Assembly: GCA_020891255.1 (NCBI GenBank)
Contig: BQFW01000001.1
Span: 1,860,001 to 1,924,000 of the forward strand
Source: Entomortierella parvispora E1425
Taxonomy: Eukaryota; Fungi; Mortierellomycota
DNA length: 64,000 nucleotides
Direction: 5' to 3'
Shown: piece after piece, positions 53,428-64,000 of the stretch
Numbering within the stretch: position 1 is the first letter of the stretch
Layout of the letters: every line of letters starts with the position of its first letter
Made by a program: the position numbers and the translations under genes
Notes under the pieces: model-generated
The model's database searches: none
What the model saw: the letters and a program-made list of their open reading frames with translations, nothing else
What the model was told of the DNA's origin: nothing

Positions 53428-54933
53428 TTACCATCCACGGGAAGCGTAGAGCTGCTCCTTGGGGATGTCCGAGATGTTGATACCGACCATGGCCTCTCCG
53501 AGATCCTCAGAGACCTCAGCGAGGACCTTGGGGTCCTTGTAGTGGGTGACGGCCTGGACAATGGCACGGGCACGCTTGGCTGGGTCACCAGACTTGAAGA
53601 TGCCAGAGCCGACAAAGACACCATCGCATCCGAGCTGCATCATCAAGGCAGCATCAGCGGGGGTGGCAACACCACCGGCAGCAAAGTTGACAACGGGAAG
53701 ACGGCCCAACTTGGCAGTCTCCTTGAGCAAGTGGTAAGGAGCCTGGATCTCCTTGGCGTAGGTGAAGAGCTCGTTGTCATCCATCAATTGGGCCTTGCGG
53801 ATCTCAGACTTGACGGTGCGCATGTGGCGGACAGCCTCAACAACGTTACCGGTACCGGCCTCACCCTTGGTGCGGATCATGGCAGCACCCTCGTTGATGC
53901 GACGGAGAGCCTCGCCGAGGTTCTTGCAGCCGCAGACAAAGGGAACCCTGTAGTCGTGCTTGTTGATGTGGTTGGTGTCATCAGCAGGGGTCAAGACCTC
54001 AGACTCGTCAATGTAATCAACTCCGAGGGACTCGATGATCTATCATAACGCCGAAAAGTGCCATTAGGATACAATGTTATCTTTGGAGTTTGGAACGATC
54101 CAGCTCAATGACTCCGAGGAACTCCTTGATCTAACTGCCATCCAAAAGATCTTTTTCCACGATCGTCTTGTCGCGTCTGACGATAGATTCTCAATCCTCT
54201 GACATGATCCGGCGCCATCGTTTGCTGATTGTCCAAGGACAACTGGCTCCCATTGTTGAAACGTATTCGTCGCTCTTTACCTGGGCCTCGACCATGTGTC
54301 CAATGCGGACCTTGGCCATGACGGGGATAGAGACGGCGTTGATGATCTCACGGATCATGCGGGGGTCGGACATACGGGCGACACCACCTAATTGACGAGA
54401 GTAGGTTCCATTAGTGCCAGATCAGGCAACGAGCAAGGTTTCCGTGAATGAAAAAGTTTTTCCGGTAGGTCGTCCATAGGATCAGAAGTAGCTCTTTACC
54501 GTTCTTGCGGATATCAGCGGGGACACGCTCCAAGGCCATGACGGCGCAAGCACCAGCCTCCTCGGCAATGAGGGCCTGCTCGACGTTGATGACATCCATG
54601 ATGACACCTCCCTGTGATTAGACATGTCCAAGTGCGAATGGAAACAAGGAGAGAGGAAGCGTTAATGAGAGATCGAGATGCAAGAGAACAAGACGAGATC
54701 GTGCATGCAATGCGGGTGGGTGAGTCACTCTTTTTCTTTCTTTGCGCAAAAGCGAGGGTGAGACCGACGGGTTGCGAGGAAAGAAACGAGAAAAGAAAGA
54801 GAGTGGAGGTTACCTTGAGCATCTGGGCGAGACCGGCCTTGACGTTGAAGGAAGCGACCTCGGGGACCTCGGAGGCGTTGGAGAGGGCGGGCTGCTGGGC
54901 AGGGACCAGGTTGGTGGGGGTAGAGAAGGTCAT
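53428..54933 (-). CDS. SNZ1: Pyridoxal 5'-phosphate synthase, synthase subunit (PDX1/SNZ)
   Basis: GLAQMLK|[66 protein letters not shown]. Exons 54933-54814, 54611-54500, 54387-54281, 54039-53428. Confidence 0.97.
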
Positions 54934-55585
54934 TGTGGGTTGAATGGAGTGATGGAGAGAAGAGTGCGGGGGTGAAGAAGAGCAAAGAAGGAAAGAAGAC
55001 CGCGGAAGTTATGAGCGAATCCAATCAAAAAGAAAATAGAGGAAGAAAAAAAAAAAAAAAAAAAAGCGGTCCCAGCTGGTGATGATTGATGCGAGTGTAG
55101 TGTGAAAGAGAGGTGAGAGAAGTGTGCAGTGTGCAGTGTGCAGTGATCGAATCAGATCTGGGAGAGACAGAGCAAGGCACAAAGGCGGGGAGCAACGGTC
55201 GTCCTTTTCCCTTTCCTTTCCTTTCCTTTCCTTTCCTTCCTTGTTTCCTTCTTTTCTCCTTTCCTTCTTTCCTTCTTTCTACTCTGTCGTCTTTCTGTCT
55301 TGTTGCTCGTGTGTCCTCACCCTTGACTCCCCTTGACTCTACTCTCTTTCTTTCTATTCTTTCTTGTCAGTTTGAACTCTTTGACGACGTCCTCGCCTTT
55401 CTTTAACTTTACTCGCACCACTCTCCGCTCCACCGTTCTCCCCTCAGTCCCGTTGCTCATTCCTCTTTCCTCCACTTTTGGCTCCTCCATTGCTTGCATT
55501 TCTCGCCATCAACTTGCAGCTCTACCCGCTCCTTCTTCTTCCTCTCATATCCTAACCCGATTCTACAAAAGACCACACTCCAGTC

Positions 55586-57560
55586 ATGGGTATGTCCAAA
55601 CCTCCCCCTTGGCAGCAGCCTCTCGTAGACCCAATAGCCTCTTCAAAGTAAGCAAGAGTAGCATGGACTAATCGGTCATACTTTTCTACTTTATCTTCTC
55701 GATCATCACCTGCAGCAAGCAGTGTCAATGATTTTATTGCCGGTAAGCACGGGTTCCTTTTCTTTTCAAGCAGCGATCTGAGAGGCTCCCCTTTTCCCCT
55801 TTTCCACTGCGATTATCCTTTCCAACGGCCGGCCGTGCCCGCTTGGCCATGGTCGCTCTGTGTGTCGCCATGTGGAAATAGGGTTGCGGTGGGATGTGCA
55901 TCATTTTCTCAATGATGCTGCAGGAACAACTCCCACGTTGACGTACCTGTATTTGCTCAAGCTTGTGCTCGCCTGTGCTCTTGTGTCTCTGTGCATCAAA
56001 CGTTTTTTTTTTTTTTTTTTCCGTTCCTGGCACTAAAATGGCGATTTGTTCGACCCTCGTTCTTCACAGGCTACATCAGCGGTGTTGCTGGATTGATCAT
56101 TGGCAGCCCTCTGGATGTACTAAAGGTACGTCTCTTCATCCTCTTGGTGTACTTTATTCAGAGTTTCCCGACCTAATATGATCGGACATTTTTTCTCTAA
56201 CAAACCCCTCTATCCACTGTCTTTCTCAGGTCAGACTACAAGCACAAGGAAGCAGCCCTAGTGTCGGCAGGAGTATACCCCAGAACAAGAGCACACTGTC
56301 GACCATGGTCCAAAATGAAGGAGTAAGTAAAGACCGAGGAATGGCCGATCGAGTGATCGTCGACCCCGATCCCTCTTTTGGTCTCTGCCGTAGACTGACC
56401 GACTTGTCTCCTTTTTTAGATCCGATCATTGTTCAAGGGCATCGCCTCCCCAATTGTCGGCCTTGCAGGACTCAACTCGATCTTGTTTGCATCCTACTCT
56501 GCGACCATGCGAGCCTTTGACGTACTGTCACCCGTACCAGGAGGAGCAGCAAAGATGGCCGCTTTGGGCGGAGAAGCCCTCCAACCGCTGTCACATGTCT
56601 TTGCAGCTGGATTTGTAGCGGGAATCGCCTGTTTTTTGGTCAGCACGCCCACAGAGTTGGTCAAATGCAGGGCGCAGGTCATGGCGGCCAAACTTGACCC
56701 GAATGCCTCGGCTGCCGCATTGAGCGAATCCGGATCATGGAAAGTAGCCAAGGATGTTGTACAACGATTCGGTTTCCGAGGATTGTACCAAGGAGGCTGG
56801 GTCACTATTCTGCGAGACGCACCTGGTTATGGTGTTTACTTTTTGTAAGTTGCAAAAAAAAAAAAAAAAAAAAAAAAGCTCTCCCAAGGTGAACAAGAGA
56901 CTTGCTCTCAAAGGGCCACATCAATTGATCTGAGGTCTCCTAAAAATACTCTATCTTTTCAATCATAGATCTTATGAAGGACTGAAGCGCGTCCTTGAGG
57001 TACCACCTGGTGATACCAGTGGCATCAACACTTGGAAGTTACTTTTTGCAGGAGGAATGGCAGGAACCCTTTCTTGGGCTAGTATATACCCGTTGGGTAA
57101 GTCCTCGAAGCGTTCGCCTTTGTATTCCCATAGATCCTTTTCTCAGAACTAACCCTTTTTGTGTTTTTTTAAAAAATATATAATAGATGTGATCAAGACG
57201 AGACTTCAGACCCAACCTCACCTTGTTGAAACCGACGTTCACCGTGGAGGACGCCTTCCTATAACCTCCCCAACAGCACGTATTCCCGCAGCGACGACTG
57301 GACTGTTGTCAAAGAACCATGGCGAACAACGCGGTTTGTTGGTATACCAGGGCAGCAGTTCTAGACAGGGTCATTCACAGTCGCCATCGAGCACGCCGTA
57401 CAAGGGCATGGTCGACTGTGCCCTTCGGTCATACAGGAGCGAAGGAATGGGGGTGTTCATGCGTGGAGCCACGCCAGCACTCCTGAGGGCATTCCCTGTA
57501 AATGCAGTGACGTTTTTCGTGTACGAACTGGTGATGGGTGAACTTCAAAAGCTCGAGTAG
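55586..57560 (+). CDS. Mitochondrial carrier (SLC25; Ymc1/SLC25A29-45-like amino-acid/carnitine subgroup)
   Basis: Three signature motifs PLDVLKVRLQ, PTELVKCRAQ, PLDVIKTRLQ; LRDAPGYG; LLRAFPVNAVTFFVYE. Exons 55586-55589, 55716-55742, 56070-56125, 56230-56322, 56420-56844, 56969-57096, 57187-57560. Confidence 0.9.
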
Positions 57561-58225
57561 ATAATAGACATAGACTTGTACATCATGAACGTAGCAATAG
57601 AGCCTACCTTTATACACTCAACGGTATCGCGTAGGATGGGGACGTGAACGGACAGTGCTAGAAGGGGTGCGCAGCCATGGTTGCGTTGTTGAAGGAATGG
57701 GGCTGCGTATTCTTCTCAAAAAACAATACACGCTGCATCCTGACGTGAGTCCCAAGGCTGCAGCCGATCCGCTTTTTTTTCCTCTCAAGTTTCCCTGAAG
57801 GGTCTTTAGTTGACCCTCCCCACCCTCTCCTCCCATTTCTATTGGTTTCTTTTTCTTTCAGCCCTGTCATTTTTCCAGATTCTTTTCTAGACGCCCGATT
57901 TGCACTTCTAGATTCTTATTGTCTCCCTTCTTTTCTATTTTCCTTGTCATAGCAAATGGCACCTTTTGACTCGACTCCTTGTCATCGCGGCGCTCACTCT
58001 TCAAGTTCCGTTTGCCATTGACCAGTTCGAGATCCAAAGCGCGACGGAAGGCACTCCATTGATTGGTATCCATAGTGCCAATGCGGCTCGTCAGTCTGTT
58101 CGCACCAACGCACCTGGGAAGACGTGTGGCCCTCAGACGCGTCGACAAGGACTCTGGGAGATGTATTCTCACTGTTGAAAATCATGAATATGTCGGCGCG
58201 ATCGATTCAAGAGTGACTGCAAGTA

Positions 58226-60030
58226 GAGATCTTGCCACAAATATCCATACCTCACAAAACCTAAATTCTCACACCCCTCTGCCTTTTTTTTTTCTATTCT
58301 CTTCTGATTTTAAAAACTTCATTGACTCTAAACGATGTTCCATGATGGACTGGACTCACTGGGGTCATGTCTACTGAGAACAATGGTACTGAAAAAAAAT
58401 AGAAAATACTATGCCTCCTCGTCACTAGAAATTTCACTGTTGTCTGTGTCACTATCAAATTCGCGGTCATCATCGTCACTTTCACTGTAGTTTTCATTGT
58501 TTTCGAGTCGTCTTTCGTAGAGAATCCGATAGTCCCTCCCAACCTGGACAGTCTTTTTCCAAACAGCAATAAGCTGTGACTCCTGAATGCCAGCGAAGAG
58601 TCCCAAAAGGCGGTTTCGCAGTGACAGCTCAGTCTCGTCCAAGTTAGGATTGGCTGCAATTGGGTTCTTGACCATTCCCCAGACCATTTCAATCGGCTGT
58701 AGCTCGCAATGATACGGAGGTGTCTTGCAAATGGTGTGTCCGTATTCGTGTGCAATTCGGTATGAAGCAAAGGTCTTGGGGATGTTGAGACCTTTGATGT
58801 GCTCAAGAAGCTCGAGTCTAGACTTGATCTTGCCCCGGTCATTTGTTGGTAGCTCTATGCCATTCTTTTCGAACCACGAATGGATATCTCTCACACAGGA
58901 GCTTGCTTTCGGTACTGGATTCTCTTCGCGGACATGGTACTTGGCGCCATCCATGTGAATGTGACAAGGCCCATAGTCTTCATGGAGTGTTGTGCACAGA
59001 GCCTCAAACAATCGCTCAAACAGATCCGCATCAAAGTTACCGTGGTAGTCATGGTAGTCAGGGGCAATACCCGCCTCTCGGACAAAATCAGGAACAGTCT
59101 TCCATAGCTCGTTGTCTGCGGCACGTCCACCCTCTCGACCACGCAATTGACCCTTGACCGGCCAGATGAGGATGCTTTTCTTGACGAGCTCTGCCCTGAG
59201 CTTGTTGTCAACTCGGAATACCACGAATGCACCGAAAATGACAAGCATTGGCTTTCGTCCTCGCTCATTGACAGAGCCTCCAGAAGGCAACCATGTCCGA
59301 AGACTGTGATGGTCTAGATGACAATATGACTCATCAAGGAACACCTCAGGAACAATTGGAAGACCCTTGGGGTTCAGATTCGAGAGGCGACGCTCGATGT
59401 AAACATCACGATAGTCGATCACCGCTTGGGAGTCATGGAGGATATTCCTCCTGCTTCCTTTGCCGTAATGAAGACCTAGCCGTTTTAATCGACGGACCAA
59501 GGTTCGCTTCGCGAAAACGATACCGTGTTTTTCCCGCAGCTCCTTCAAAACTAGATTCGTTGTCACAGGCACTCCATCTTTGTTGCATGCCAACACAAAT
59601 TCTCGAATGGCTGCGCCCAAGTCAGTCTCAATGATGTGTTTTGGTCGACCAATGCGTTTCTCCGAAACCTCCCCCACGCCGTTATAAAACTGAATAGCTT
59701 TCCGCGCCGTATCTGAACCGATCCCAGTTATGAGGGCAAGACGCTTGCGGGCGGTGACTTTGCCACGGTGCTCGTGGAAGGCCCCAGTCCCATTCAAGTA
59801 GCTTTGGACGTTCGCCAGAATGCAGTATTCATTACGAGTCAGTCGTGCTGCATTCCGTTTAAATCGAGGATCCGACATGGTAGAGAGATGGGAGTTGCAT
59901 CTCCAGAGAGCTGAGTGGCGTCCCTTTCTCCCCTTGAGTGCGCGAAAAGTCATAACTTTTATTAAGGGGTGGAGATCCATATGAAACCGGACATTCAAAT
60001 CAGAGGTATGGATGTTTTTGGCATGGTCTC
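58226..60030 (-). mobile_element. Full-length IS630-Tc1-mariner DNA transposon (1805 bp), Sailor-like long DD-E spacing
   Basis: Left TIR 58226-58253 GAGATCTTGCCACAAATATCCATACCTC vs reverse complement of right TIR 60003-60030 GAGACCATGCCAAAAACATCCATACCTC (24/28 identical). TA flanks both ends (58224-58225, 60031-60032). Encloses a single transposase ORF. Confidence 0.9.
58409..59878 (-). CDS. DDE transposase (IS630/Tc1 type), intronless
   Basis: Likely start MSDP at 59878; in-frame ATGs also at 59953 and 59980. HTH-like ...KRTLVRRLKRLGLHYGK, VFLDESY, HMDGAKYH and TPPYHCELQPIEMVW. 86 residues counted between the second D and the E. Confidence 0.9.
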   Translation of the reverse strand: MSDPRFKRNAARLTRNEYCILANVQSYLNGTGAFHEHRGKVTARKRLALITGIGSDTARKAIQFYNGVGEVSEKRIGRPKHIIETDLGAAIREFVLACNKDGVPVTTNLVLKELREKHGIVFAKRTLVRRLKRLGLHYGKGSRRNILHDSQAVIDYRDVYIERRLSNLNPKGLPIVPEVFLDESYCHLDHHSLRTWLPSGGSVNERGRKPMLVIFGAFVVFRVDNKLRAELVKKSILIWPVKGQLRGREGGRAADNELWKTVPDFVREAGIAPDYHDYHGNFDADLFERLFEALCTTLHEDYGPCHIHMDGAKYHVREENPVPKASSCVRDIHSWFEKNGIELPTNDRGKIKSRLELLEHIKGLNIPKTFASYRIAHEYGHTICKTPPYHCELQPIEMVWGMVKNPIAANPNLDETELSLRNRLLGLFAGIQESQLIAVWKKTVQVGRDYRILYERRLENNENYSESDDDDREFDSDTDNSEISSDEEA

Positions 60031-60401
60031 TATATTCAAAGTAGACAACAAAGTCTTGGTCGTGAGTCCTGTTGAAGGGAGCGAAGGCTGTTATTTGATT
60101 GCCAAGGTCTTCCCTGTCCCCATATCAATTTTTTGTTGATCCTTTCGTTTCATTCTTTTTCTTACGTCTCCTTCGTGTTCCATCTGGGTTCGTTCTCAAG
60201 GATTGTGTCTATGTACAAAGAACAAAGAGCAAAGAACAAAAAATCACATTCTGCCATCTCTAATACAGTAAGGGTCCTTTGGGGTTTGCTTCGCGTCCAA
60301 AAAATAAAAATAAAAATAAAATAAAAAAATTGGTGGCAACATATACCAGTCACGTGATGTTGTTTATTGCTTGAATCAGTGGCAGCACCAAACATTGAAA
60401 A

Positions 60402-60407
60402 ACGCGT
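60402..60407. promoter_or_regulatory. MCB-like element ACGCGT in the MCM7 promoter
   Basis: Exact MluI box about 165 nt upstream of the MCM7 ATG. A related TCGCGT lies at ~60292 and TCACGTGA at 60350-60357. Confidence 0.4.
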
Positions 60408-60570
60408 CCCTTTTGCTTTCAGGGAGAGCGAGCGAGCGAGTCGAGTCGAGTCGAGTCGAGTCGAGAGCAAACAAGTCAGTAGTCACCTTTGCATTCATCG
60501 TCCATCCATCCATCCTTTCTTCCTTCCTTCCTCACCCCATCACAAGGAACAACTCCACCATCTCACAAGC

Positions 60571-63927
<3,357 letters not shown>

Positions 63928-64000
63928 AGAGCGAGAAACAAAAACAAAGAGGACGCGGTCACCAAGACAAAAAGACAGGGAGGATCAGTTTTTTGAATTA

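Noticed and set aside
57618-58172. Short minus-strand ORF MDTNQWSAFRRALDLELVNGK... beside the transposon
   Set aside because: No recognisable domain; plausible splicing yields only about 50 aa. Insufficient support for a gene.

Overview
Intron-rich eukaryotic DNA with many microsatellites and GT-AG introns of about 60-670 nt. It is fungal and most consistent with an early-diverging fungus such as Mortierellaceae/Mucoromycota (inference). Most of the window is housekeeping genes reconstructed by hand-splicing: a GT61-like glycosyltransferase, a Zn2Cys6 transcription factor, a FYVE protein, an RbfA-like protein, GFA1, ATG1, a small CRIB protein, TXNL1/Txl1, two convergent GH47 mannosidases, ERG26, a UPF0658-like membrane protein, BOS1, SNZ1/PDX1, a mitochondrial carrier and MCM7. 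Two accessory elements stand out. (1) A tandem birth-and-death array at about 30.6-37.8 kb of five small, Cys-free, signal-peptide-bearing proteins with a beta-trefoil-like pattern. Three copies are intact, one is frameshifted and one is decayed. They share a 5'-UTR intron position, copies 1-3 share a promoter motif, and a probable sixth member is cut by the left window edge. (2) A full-length IS630-Tc1-mariner DNA transposon with 28-bp TIRs, a TA TSD, an intact ORF and unusual DD86E spacing, inserted upstream of MCM7. Also notable: a FYVE finger split by a 244-aa insertion, a myristoylated CDC42SE/SPEC-like protein and a GH47 paralog with altered active-site motifs. Family assignments come from motif recognition only; no searches were run.
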